Shown piece after piece: positions 7,843 to 16,272 of a DNA stretch of 44,968 nucleotides. The stretch covers positions 1 through 44,968 of the forward strand of contig JBDHZU010000003.1 of assembly GCA_039812085.1 (NCBI GenBank). Reading direction: 5' to 3'. The stretch's first letter is position 1, and each line of letters starts with the position of its first letter. Origin of the DNA: Candidatus Nanopelagicales bacterium (GTDB lineage: Bacteria; Actinomycetota; Actinomycetes; S36-B12; UBA10799). Below the pieces are notes generated by a model. That model did no database searches. It saw only the letters and a program-made list of their open reading frames with translations, and was not told the origin of the DNA. Made by a program: the position numbers and the translations under genes.

Positions 7843-9930
7843 TTACGCGAGTGGCAACTCACTTGCCGGACGGGCTTCGCCGTACAGCCACCCCTGACCG
7901 GCCTGCCAACCCATCTGTGCCAACGCATGGGCCTGCAGCGGACTCTCCACTCCTTCGGCAATCCGAATCAGGTCGAGGTTGACAGCAAGATCTGCCAAGC
8001 CTTTCGCCAAACGAGCCGAGGTGTCATCAGCGGAATCGACATCGAGTAATGCCGTGAACGATCGATCGAGTTTGATTCCTGTCACGGGGAAATCGCGCAG
8101 TGTCGCCAACGACGAATAGCCCATCCCAAAGTCATCCACGAAAATTCCGACGCCAGACTTACGCAGAGATTCCAGACCGCGCCGACAAACGGGCGACAAC
8201 TCCAGCAACGCCTGTTCGGTGATCTCAATCGTCACTCGACTGGGGTCAACGCTCTGGCTCGACAACAGCCACGACAACCGTTCGCTGAACTGCGGAGTTC
8301 CTACCTGAGTAGGGCTCGCATTGATGGACATCGTTTGCTGAGGTTCCAGTAACCGCACGCTGGCGACGGCCTCGTCAATCACCCGCTGACCCAGTTCTTG
8401 AATCAGACCGTTCTCTTCGGCAACGTCGATGAAGTCACGCGCAGGTCGAACCACATCCCCATCGACCCAACGCGCAAGCGCTTCGTAACTGACGATCAGT
8501 CCGGTACTCAGATCGACAATCGGCTGGAACCATGCCTGGAACTGTTCGCTACGCAGACCAGATCGGATCTGTTGAGCAAGCTCGACTCGGTTGATGATGT
8601 CGTGACGCATTTGTTCATCCGCCAAGACGCAACGATCTTTGCCTTGCTGTTTGGCCAGGTGCAACGCGGCATCGGCTTCGGCCAACATCTCCTGCCCGGT
8701 ACTGCCCGGGCGAGAAATTGCCACCCCGATGCTGACCGTCGTATTGATCATTCCCGACTCGACGGCGATATCGCTGCCGGCGATGGTGTTGCGCAATTGC
8801 TCAGCGATCTCAAAGGCTTCATCTGGGCCGGACAGATCCGGCAGCACTGCAGCGAACTCATCTCCACCAAAACGACCGACGACATCATGCGGGCGCAATG
8901 CCACCACTGTCTGTTGGGCAATCGCCGTGAGCACTCGGTCACCGGCCAAGTGACTGACTCCATCGTTGACTGCCTTGAACCGATCGACGTCGATGAACAG
9001 CAACCCTGCGGGACGAGTCAGTTCATCTCCGGACAGATGTCGGTCCAAAGTGTTGATGAACTCCGACCGGGTAAGCAGGCCGGTCAGATCATCGTGCGTG
9101 GAGCGATAGGCCAAATCCACCAAAGCCTCTTGCGCCAGAATCTCTGCCCGATGCTGTTCGGTGATGTCCGATAACTGGACGACGAGTTTGGGTGCCTGTC
9201 GATTCGCAATCGGGATCAGCGATACACGTTTGCGCACCCACAGTTCAACCCCATCGCTTCGATAGATCCGGGCAACGAAATTGACGGCATCCTTCTCCCC
9301 GGAACGAACCGGGTGAAGCAAGCGATCATTTTCTTCCCGATCCTCTGCAGGGACGAACTGCTGCAAATTCGTGCCGAGCAGTTCATCGACAGGCTGGCGA
9401 ACCAATTCACTGAAAGCTCGGTTGATGCTTTCCAGCGTTCCCTGCTGATCGATGATCGCCGTTGCGACCAACGAACTCTCGGTGGCCTGACGGAATAGAT
9501 CGTTGGCGGCGGCCTCGCTGTCATCAGAATCAGCATCAACCCGCGATGCCCAACTGATCGTGTGGATCACATTGCCGTGCTCATCAAGGACAGGATGGGA
9601 ACGTACTTGCAGAGTGACTCGACCGCCATCCCCTCGCTGGAAGGGCAGCGTTGTGATCAGGGGCTGCGTCCAATCGTGATCATTGATCAATGCCGCCAAT
9701 TGGTCCTCAACGTCCAAATCGAGCAGTTCCCAGATATTCAGACCCACTAACTCGGTTAACGGAATCGCCAACAATTCAGCAACTACTTCGTTGGCATTAT
9801 CGATTCGACCGGAATGGTCCATCACGTACATTCCGGCTGGAGAACGCTGGATGAAGGCAGCAGCAAACGCCGGTTCTGCGTTGTCGAGCAACGCAACGAG
9901 CCGGGAATTGAGCTCGAAATCGACAGTCAC
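7843..9930 (-). CDS. PAS-PAS-GGDEF-EAL diguanylate cyclase/phosphodiesterase
   Basis: Motifs HDDLTGL, DVDRFKAVND, RPHD I-site with GGDEF, YEALARW, EITE, DDFGMGYSSL, KLDRSF, AEGVE and QGW. Confidence 0.93.
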   Translation of the reverse strand: MTVDFELNSRLVALLDNAEPAFAAAFIQRSPAGMYVMDHSGRIDNANEVVAELLAIPLTELVGLNIWELLDLDVEDQLAALINDHDWTQPLITTLPFQRGDGGRVTLQVRSHPVLDEHGNVIHTISWASRVDADSDDSEAAANDLFRQATESSLVATAIIDQQGTLESINRAFSELVRQPVDELLGTNLQQFVPAEDREENDRLLHPVRSGEKDAVNFVARIYRSDGVELWVRKRVSLIPIANRQAPKLVVQLSDITEQHRAEILAQEALVDLAYRSTHDDLTGLLTRSEFINTLDRHLSGDELTRPAGLLFIDVDRFKAVNDGVSHLAGDRVLTAIAQQTVVALRPHDVVGRFGGDEFAAVLPDLSGPDEAFEIAEQLRNTIAGSDIAVESGMINTTVSIGVAISRPGSTGQEMLAEADAALHLAKQQGKDRCVLADEQMRHDIINRVELAQQIRSGLRSEQFQAWFQPIVDLSTGLIVSYEALARWVDGDVVRPARDFIDVAEENGLIQELGQRVIDEAVASVRLLEPQQTMSINASPTQVGTPQFSERLSWLLSSQSVDPSRVTIEITEQALLELSPVCRRGLESLRKSGVGIFVDDFGMGYSSLATLRDFPVTGIKLDRSFTALLDVDSADDTSARLAKGLADLAVNLDLIRIAEGVESPLQAHALAQMGWQAGQGWLYGEARPASELPLA

Positions 9931-10258
9931 TCGTTCATCCTGACAACTTCGCTGCTCCTACCGCGAGTTGTCGCTCGAAGAATCGAATGTGACCGCCGTC
10001 CCAACGCGAGGGTCGGTCATTCGCTTTGAGCGAACCGCGAGTAACCTGTTTTTTGCTGTACGCCGTGGAATTCGAGGGCGATTCCCTCAATGCGCACAAC
10101 GGTTTTCGTCTCATTCCGAGTCTTAGACTCGAAATGAAATTGACAACTATTTGGTGCGCAAATCGCCCTCAATTTGTACGACGACCTGCTGCTCTCTTCA
10201 CCACAAATGCGCTTAGCGCCGCATGTGATGAAGCCGGATGAAAGAAGGCGAACCGCAG

Positions 10259-11074
10259 TTGAGCATTTTTAGTTCCGAAGCCATTGATGGCGTCGGGGTA
10301 CGCAGCGAGGGACGCGCCAAGATTGCTGCTCGAACCTTACGCACCGACACATGGTGGCTACTGCCCACTGTGACGTTCGCCGTGCTGGTCTCGTTCATCA
10401 TCTACGCGACGATCCGAGCGTTCTCCAATGCCAACTACTTCGCTGAACCACTGATCAGCCCGTTCTACTCACCGTGTTTGTCCACCAATTGTGTGGAGGG
10501 CGCCAGCCAGTTCACTCCATTCGGTAGCTGGTGGATCTTGAGCCCGGCACTGATCATCCTGATTTTCCCGCTCGGCTTCCGCCTCACCTGCTACTACTAC
10601 CGCAAGGCGTACTACCGCTCTTTCTGGCAGTCTCCGCCCGCCTGCGCTGTTGCCGAACCGCACAAGAGCTACACCGGCGAGACCCGTCCACCATTGCTGT
10701 TTAACAACATCCACCGGTACTTCTTCTACGCCGGTCTCGTGTTCAACGTGATCCTCACCTACGACGCCATCATTGCCTTCCGGAACCCGGAGAAGCAGTG
10801 GTTCCACATGAGCGTCGGCACCTTGGTTCTCCTGCTCAACGCCACCTTCTTGTGGCTGTACTCGCTGAGTTGCCACTCCTGTCGTCATGCCATGGGCGGA
10901 CGCTTGAAGCACTTCTCCAAGCATCCGGTTCGCTACAAGTTCTGGACCGTCATCAGCAAGCTCAACGTGCGGCACTCCACGTACGCCTGGATCTCCTTGT
11001 TCGGAGTTGCCCTGGCTGACCTCTACGTGATGTTGGTCGCCAACGGCACGATCACTAACTACTACTTCTTCTAA
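10259..11074 (+). CDS. Membrane anchor subunit of an Sdh1-type succinate dehydrogenase (Rv0249c-like)
   Basis: Several TM helices. Motifs SPFYSPC, FRLTCYYYRKAYYRSFW..PPACAV.EP and SCHSCRH. Lies directly upstream of sdhA. TTG start chosen after a GAAGG RBS; the ORF track start is 10238. Confidence 0.8.
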   Translation: MSIFSSEAIDGVGVRSEGRAKIAARTLRTDTWWLLPTVTFAVLVSFIIYATIRAFSNANYFAEPLISPFYSPCLSTNCVEGASQFTPFGSWWILSPALIILIFPLGFRLTCYYYRKAYYRSFWQSPPACAVAEPHKSYTGETRPPLLFNNIHRYFFYAGLVFNVILTYDAIIAFRNPEKQWFHMSVGTLVLLLNATFLWLYSLSCHSCRHAMGGRLKHFSKHPVRYKFWTVISKLNVRHSTYAWISLFGVALADLYVMLVANGTITNYYFF

Positions 11075-11095
11075 AGCGGGGGCTTGTAAACACTC

Positions 11096-13006
11096 ATGTC
11101 GGATATCGAAAGACATCAATACGACGTTGTCGTGATCGGTGCTGGTGGCGCCGGTCTGCGAGCCGCAATTGCCGCTCGCGAAGCAGGTAAGAAGACCGCC
11201 ATCATCACCAAGTCCTTGTTCGGCAAGGCGCACACCGTCATGGCTGAAGGTGGCGCTGCCGCTGCCATGGGCAACGTGAACGACAAGGACAACTGGCAGG
11301 TCCACTTCCGCGACACCATGCGCGGCGGCAAGTTCATGAACCACTACCGGATGGCCGAGCTGCATGCCAAGGAAGCCCCGGAACGCATTTGGGAGCTGGA
11401 GACCTATGGTGCGCTGTTTGACCGCACCAAGGAAGGCAAGATCAGCCAGCGCAACTTCGGTGGACACGAATACCCACGCCTGGCACACGTTGGTGACCGC
11501 ACCGGCTTGGAACTCATTCGCACTATGCAGCAGAAGATCGTCTCGCTGCAGCAGGAGGACAAGCAGGAACTCGGTGACTACGAAGCTCGCCTGAAGGTCT
11601 TTGCTGAGACTGCCGTCACTGACCTACTACTCGACGGGCCCGTCGGGCAGGGCCGCATCGCAGGTGCGTTCGGCTACTACCGCGAGACCGGCAACTTCGT
11701 CGTCTTCGAGGCACCAGCCATCATCGTTGCTTCCGGCGGTGTCGGAAAGAGCTTCAAGGTCACCAGTAACTCCTGGGAATACACCGGGGACGGTCACGCC
11801 ATGGCGCTGCGCGCTGGTGGCTCGCTGGTCAACATGGAGTTCCTGCAGTTCCACCCCACCGGCATGGTCTGGCCACTGTCGGTCAAGGGCATCTTGGTCA
11901 CCGAGTCGGTACGTGGTGACGGCGGTGTGCTGAAGAACTCCGAGGGTCGTCGCTTCATGTTCGACTACATCCCGGATGTGTTCGCCAAGCAGTACGCCAC
12001 CACCGAGGAAGAAGGCGACCGCTGGTACACCGATCCGGATAACAACCGTCGCCCACCAGAACTACTTCCCCGTGACGAGGTGGCCCGAGCCATCAACGCC
12101 GAGGTCAAGGCGGGCCGCGGATCACCCCACGGTGGCGTGTTCTTGGACATTGCGTCTCGTTTGAGCCCGGAAGAGATCCGCAAGCGGCTGCCATCGATGT
12201 ACCACCAGTTCAAGGAACTGGCGAATGTGGATATCACCGCTGAGCCGATGGAGGTCGGCCCAACCTGTCACTACGTGATGGGTGGAATTGAGGTCGATCC
12301 CGACACCGAAGCCAACCCGTACGTTCCCGGCTTGTTCGCCGCCGGCGAGTCCAGTGGTGGAATGCATGGTTCCAACCGGCTGGGCGGTAACTCCTTGTCC
12401 GACTTGTTGGTGTTCGGCCGTCGGGCCGGAATGGGCGCGGCTGCTTACCTCGACGGATTGGGTTCGCAACTGCCTGCCGTATCTGACGAGTCCATCGATG
12501 CCGCGGTGCAAACAGCGCTGGAACCGCTGTCCCGTGAAGGTGGCGAAAACCCCTACACCCTGCACGCAGAACTACAGCAGACCATGAACGACCTGGTCGG
12601 CATCATTCGCCGCGAGGCAGAGGTCGAGCAGGCGCTGGCCAAGATCGAAGAGTTCAAGCAGCGGATCAAGAACGTGTCCGTCGATGGTGGCCGGGCATTC
12701 AATCCGGGCTGGAACCTGGCACTGGATCTGCGCAACATGTTGCTGGTCAGCGAATGCGTGGCCAAGGCTGCGCTTGCTCGTCAGGAAAGCCGCGGTGGTC
12801 ACACTCGCGAGGACTACCCGGTCATGAGCCCGGATTGGCGACTGATCAACCTGATCTGCCGGGAATCGCAAGACGGTGGCGTTGACCTCGTGGAGCAACC
12901 ACTGCCGACGATTCCCATGGAGCTGTTGACGTTGTTCGAAGCCAGTGAACTGGCCAAGTACCTCACCGATGGGGAACTTGCCACCCTCCCGGAAGGGGAT
13001 AACTAA
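11096..13006 (+). CDS. sdhA: Succinate dehydrogenase/fumarate reductase flavoprotein subunit (Rv0248c-like)
   Basis: Motifs GAGGAG, KAHTVMAEGG (FAD-linked His), QFHPTG, TESVRGDGG, PRDEVARAI, HYVMGG, HGSNRLGGNSL and ESRGGH. Confidence 0.95.
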   Translation: MSDIERHQYDVVVIGAGGAGLRAAIAAREAGKKTAIITKSLFGKAHTVMAEGGAAAAMGNVNDKDNWQVHFRDTMRGGKFMNHYRMAELHAKEAPERIWELETYGALFDRTKEGKISQRNFGGHEYPRLAHVGDRTGLELIRTMQQKIVSLQQEDKQELGDYEARLKVFAETAVTDLLLDGPVGQGRIAGAFGYYRETGNFVVFEAPAIIVASGGVGKSFKVTSNSWEYTGDGHAMALRAGGSLVNMEFLQFHPTGMVWPLSVKGILVTESVRGDGGVLKNSEGRRFMFDYIPDVFAKQYATTEEEGDRWYTDPDNNRRPPELLPRDEVARAINAEVKAGRGSPHGGVFLDIASRLSPEEIRKRLPSMYHQFKELANVDITAEPMEVGPTCHYVMGGIEVDPDTEANPYVPGLFAAGESSGGMHGSNRLGGNSLSDLLVFGRRAGMGAAAYLDGLGSQLPAVSDESIDAAVQTALEPLSREGGENPYTLHAELQQTMNDLVGIIRREAEVEQALAKIEEFKQRIKNVSVDGGRAFNPGWNLALDLRNMLLVSECVAKAALARQESRGGHTREDYPVMSPDWRLINLICRESQDGGVDLVEQPLPTIPMELLTLFEASELAKYLTDGELATLPEGDN

Positions 13007-13779
13007 TGGCATACGGAGCACGTTTCCGCGTATGGCGTGGTGACAGCACCGACGGTGGTCTGGTTGATTACGACACCGAGGTCAACGACGGTGAAGTCGT
13101 CCTCGACGTCATCCATCGTTTGCAGGCCACGCAGGCTCCCGATCTTGCTGTTCGTTGGAACTGCAAGGCCGGTAAGTGTGGTTCCTGTTCGGCGGAGATC
13201 AACGGCAAGCCATCTCTGATGTGCATGACTCGAATGGACACCCTCGAGGGTGACAAGCCCGTGGTGGTCACTCCGCTGCGCACGTTCCCCGTCATTCGTG
13301 ACTTGGTCACGGATGTGTCCTTCAACTACGAGAAAGCACGCGAGATCCCCGCTTTCGCTCCACCGAAGGATCTGGCTCCCGGCGAATACCGCATGGAACA
13401 GATCGACGTGGAACGCAGCCAAGAGTTCCGCAAGTGCATCGAGTGCTTCCTGTGCCAGACGGTGTGTCACGTCATCCGCGATCACGAGGAGAACAAGACC
13501 TCGTTCGCTGGTCCGCGATTCCTGATGCGTCAAGCCGAGCTGGATATGCACCCATTGGATGCCCGCACGGATCGCAAGAAGGCCGCTCAGGACGAGTTCG
13601 GTCTCGGATACTGCAACATCACCAAGTGCTGCACCGAGGTTTGCCCCGAGCACATCCACATCACTGACAACGCGCTCATCCCGATGAAGGAACGCGTCGC
13701 GGATCAGAAATACGACCCGTTGCGTTGGTTGGGATCCAAGATTGGACGCCGCCAACCAGACGGTTCCATCTCTGCTTAA
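13006..13779 (+). CDS. sdhB: Succinate dehydrogenase iron-sulfur subunit (Rv0247c-like)
   Basis: Cysteine clusters CKAGKCGSC..C, CIECFLCQTVC and CNITKCCTEVCP. Coupled to sdhA through TAATG. Confidence 0.95.
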   Translation: MAYGARFRVWRGDSTDGGLVDYDTEVNDGEVVLDVIHRLQATQAPDLAVRWNCKAGKCGSCSAEINGKPSLMCMTRMDTLEGDKPVVVTPLRTFPVIRDLVTDVSFNYEKAREIPAFAPPKDLAPGEYRMEQIDVERSQEFRKCIECFLCQTVCHVIRDHEENKTSFAGPRFLMRQAELDMHPLDARTDRKKAAQDEFGLGYCNITKCCTEVCPEHIHITDNALIPMKERVADQKYDPLRWLGSKIGRRQPDGSISA

Positions 13780-13789
13780 TTACCCCCTC

Positions 13790-13833
13790 ACGACGAAGGC
13801 CACCGACACTCAACGTTCGGTGGCCTTCGTCGT
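13790..13833. terminator. Probable bidirectional terminator between sdhB and the convergent CNNM gene
   Basis: Perfect 17-bp inverted repeat acgacgaaggccaccga / tcggtggccttcgtcgt. Confidence 0.8.
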
Positions 13834-13841
13834 TGTATTGG

Positions 13842-14858
13842 TCAACGAATCAGTGCACTCACCACATCGTCGAGCGTGATGATTCCGATGAGTTCGTGAT
13901 TGGTGGGGTGAACCACCCGCGCGATAGATGCATCAGCGTGACGAAGTTGTTCGAGCACAGTCGGCAAAGCGGTGTCGGCAGGGATCGGTGGGAGCTGACG
14001 AATGCGATCTGCCGCCAGCGGCTGATCAGCGTCCACCCGTTCGACCAGAAGGTCTTTGACCAAGACATACCCCTGAGGGTGATCGGCGGCATCCACGACC
14101 GGGAACCGCAGGTGTCGAGTCCGTCCAGACAGTCGTTCGATCTGCCCCACCGTGGCATCCATCGGAACCCGGCTCACCAACTGCCACGGAATCGCGACCT
14201 CGGCAGCAGTCGACTTGGTGACGAAGTTGACCGCGCCGCTCATCAAGCGATAGTCCTCGTCGTCCAGCATTCCTTCTCGATGAGACTGCTGGACCAGCGC
14301 GGCTACCTCATCCAGGTTGAAACTCGACGCGAGTTCATCGGCAGGTTGCACTCCGAACATGCGCAGCACCACATTCGCGCTGGCGTTGAGTAAACGAATC
14401 ACTGGACCAGTGATCCGAGCGATCGCACTCATCGGCGAGCCCAGCGCCAAAGCGGCCCGATCAGGCGCAGCAAGGGTGAGGTTCTTCGGCACCATCTCGC
14501 CCAATACGACGTGCAGACACATCACGATGGCCAGTGCGATCACGAACGAGATCGGGTGCAGCAAACTTTCCGATACACCCAGCGAGTGCAGTAGCGGTTC
14601 CAGCAGAGCGGCAATTGCTGGCTCTGCCATGGCACCCAATCCGATCGAACACAAGGTGATGCCAAGTTGGGCACCGGCCATCATGATCGACACTCGCTCC
14701 ATCGCGAGCAGAGTCCGTTTGGCTCGGCGGGAACCTTGCTCGGCTAGCGGTTCGATTTGGGAACGGCGCGCACCAACCAGCGCGAACTCGGCCGCCACGA
14801 AGAAGGCGTTGGCTGCCAGTAGGACGAATAGTCCGACGATTCCCCACACGTTGTTCAC
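13842..14858 (-). CDS. Hemolysin-family CNNM (DUF21)-CBS protein
   Basis: Motifs NAFFVAAEFALV, AQLGIT and GEMVPKN, plus a CBS pair ending GIITLDDV. No CorC C-terminal domain. Confidence 0.88.
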   Translation of the reverse strand: MNNVWGIVGLFVLLAANAFFVAAEFALVGARRSQIEPLAEQGSRRAKRTLLAMERVSIMMAGAQLGITLCSIGLGAMAEPAIAALLEPLLHSLGVSESLLHPISFVIALAIVMCLHVVLGEMVPKNLTLAAPDRAALALGSPMSAIARITGPVIRLLNASANVVLRMFGVQPADELASSFNLDEVAALVQQSHREGMLDDEDYRLMSGAVNFVTKSTAAEVAIPWQLVSRVPMDATVGQIERLSGRTRHLRFPVVDAADHPQGYVLVKDLLVERVDADQPLAADRIRQLPPIPADTALPTVLEQLRHADASIARVVHPTNHELIGIITLDDVVSALIR

Positions 14859-16195
14859 GACGGATCACCCGACCCGTCGTCAGTAGCCGATTCCTCTTCC
14901 GGATGAACCCGTACCTCAACTGTTTCGATTCGGCGTCCATCGAGTGCAGTCACGGTCATCTGCAGACCGTCAGCCGTCACAACATCACCGACGTGCGCCA
15001 GCCGACCAAGTTGGGAAGTGACGTATCCAGCCAAAGTCTCGTACTTGCCGTCGTCAGGAATGACCAATCCCGTCTGGTCAGCGATCTCGTCCGGGCGCAG
15101 CAATCCTGACAACGTCCATTGGGCACTCGGACCAACGGCAAGGTTGGGAGCTGGTGCGGCCTCGTTCTCGTCCTCCAGATCTCCGACGAGTTCCTCCACG
15201 AGGTCTTCCAGCGTGATGACTCCGTCCATTCCCCCGAATTCGTCCACCACCACCACAAACTCTCGGGACGCAGTGAACATGGCCCGCATTACGTCGTCTA
15301 ACGGCAAGGTGCTCGGTACAAAGGTCGGGTGGTCGGCAGCCGGGCCGACTCGTACGGCATCGCGTCTCGTTGGTTCTACCGCGAAGGCATCCGCAACACT
15401 GACCACTCCGACGATGTCATCCACATCCGCGCCGGTGACCGGGAACCTTGTCCGACCACTCACGGCAGCGACTGCCAGCAAGTCGCTCATGCTGGAGTCG
15501 GCTGACACACTCGTCACCCGAGTACGCGGCGTCATCGCCTCAGCGGCATCTTTATCGTCAAAGGTCAGTGCTCGTCCCAGCAATCCAGCCGCAGGACCTG
15601 AGAGTGATCCGAGGACAGCCGAACGATTCACCAGGCTCAGCAGCTCTTCCGGGCTACGCGCCGATGCCAACTCCTCTTGCGGAGTCACCCCCAACATCCG
15701 GACGATCAGGTTTGCGACCGCATTCAACGCGTCAGAGATTGGCCGGGCAATCGTGGTGAACCCGCGCACGAACCACTGCACAGATACGGCAACAGATTCT
15801 GGATGGGCAATCGCCAGGTTCTTGGGAACCAACTCTCCGAACAACATCGTGACGAAGGTGGCAACTATCAGCGCGGCAGCGGTGGAAATGGACCGAGCCG
15901 CTAACTCTGAAACCCCCCAGTCGCTCAGCAGAGGATCGAGCTGACGACGAATCGCTGGTTCAGCAAGCAGACCAATTGCCAAGTTGGTCAGGGTGATTCC
16001 GACCTGAACGCCCGACAGTTGGGAGGACAGTTGGCTCATCGCCTGCAACGCACCGTGGGCACCGGATTCGCCATCGTCCGCCCTGGCTTGTAGGCGAGTG
16101 CGATCAGCGCCGAGAAAGGAAAATTCTCCAGCGACGAAGATGCCGCAGGCAACAACCAACAACAGAGAAATACCGATCAGCAGCCAGTCGCTCAT
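14855..16195 (-). CDS. Hemolysin-family CNNM-CBS-CorC protein (Mg/Co transport related)
   Basis: Motifs FVAGEFS, QVGIT, GELVPKN, AMTPR and VVDEFGGMDGVITLEDLVEELVG, plus the CorC-like YETLAGYV. Confidence 0.88.
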   Translation of the reverse strand: MSDWLLIGISLLLVVACGIFVAGEFSFLGADRTRLQARADDGESGAHGALQAMSQLSSQLSGVQVGITLTNLAIGLLAEPAIRRQLDPLLSDWGVSELAARSISTAAALIVATFVTMLFGELVPKNLAIAHPESVAVSVQWFVRGFTTIARPISDALNAVANLIVRMLGVTPQEELASARSPEELLSLVNRSAVLGSLSGPAAGLLGRALTFDDKDAAEAMTPRTRVTSVSADSSMSDLLAVAAVSGRTRFPVTGADVDDIVGVVSVADAFAVEPTRRDAVRVGPAADHPTFVPSTLPLDDVMRAMFTASREFVVVVDEFGGMDGVITLEDLVEELVGDLEDENEAAPAPNLAVGPSAQWTLSGLLRPDEIADQTGLVIPDDGKYETLAGYVTSQLGRLAHVGDVVTADGLQMTVTALDGRRIETVEVRVHPEEESATDDGSGDPS

Positions 16196-16272
16196 GCGCA
16201 CCGCCGCTGGGTCATTTCCTGATCGTATTGCTCACTGCAGTCAGTTGGCAGCAAACCCAACTCAGATCGGGG

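Noticed and set aside
10469-13755. Long antisense ORFs opposite the sdh genes (10469-11488, 13003-13755) and similar shadow ORFs elsewhere (15018-15944, 18194-19072, 42330-43574, 43940-44812)
   Set aside because: These are typical stop-poor shadow frames of GC-rich coding DNA. They overlap well-supported genes and show no recognisable motifs.
13842-16195. Hemolysin toxins
   Set aside because: The name is a legacy annotation. The domain content (CNNM-CBS-CorC) indicates divalent cation transport or homeostasis.
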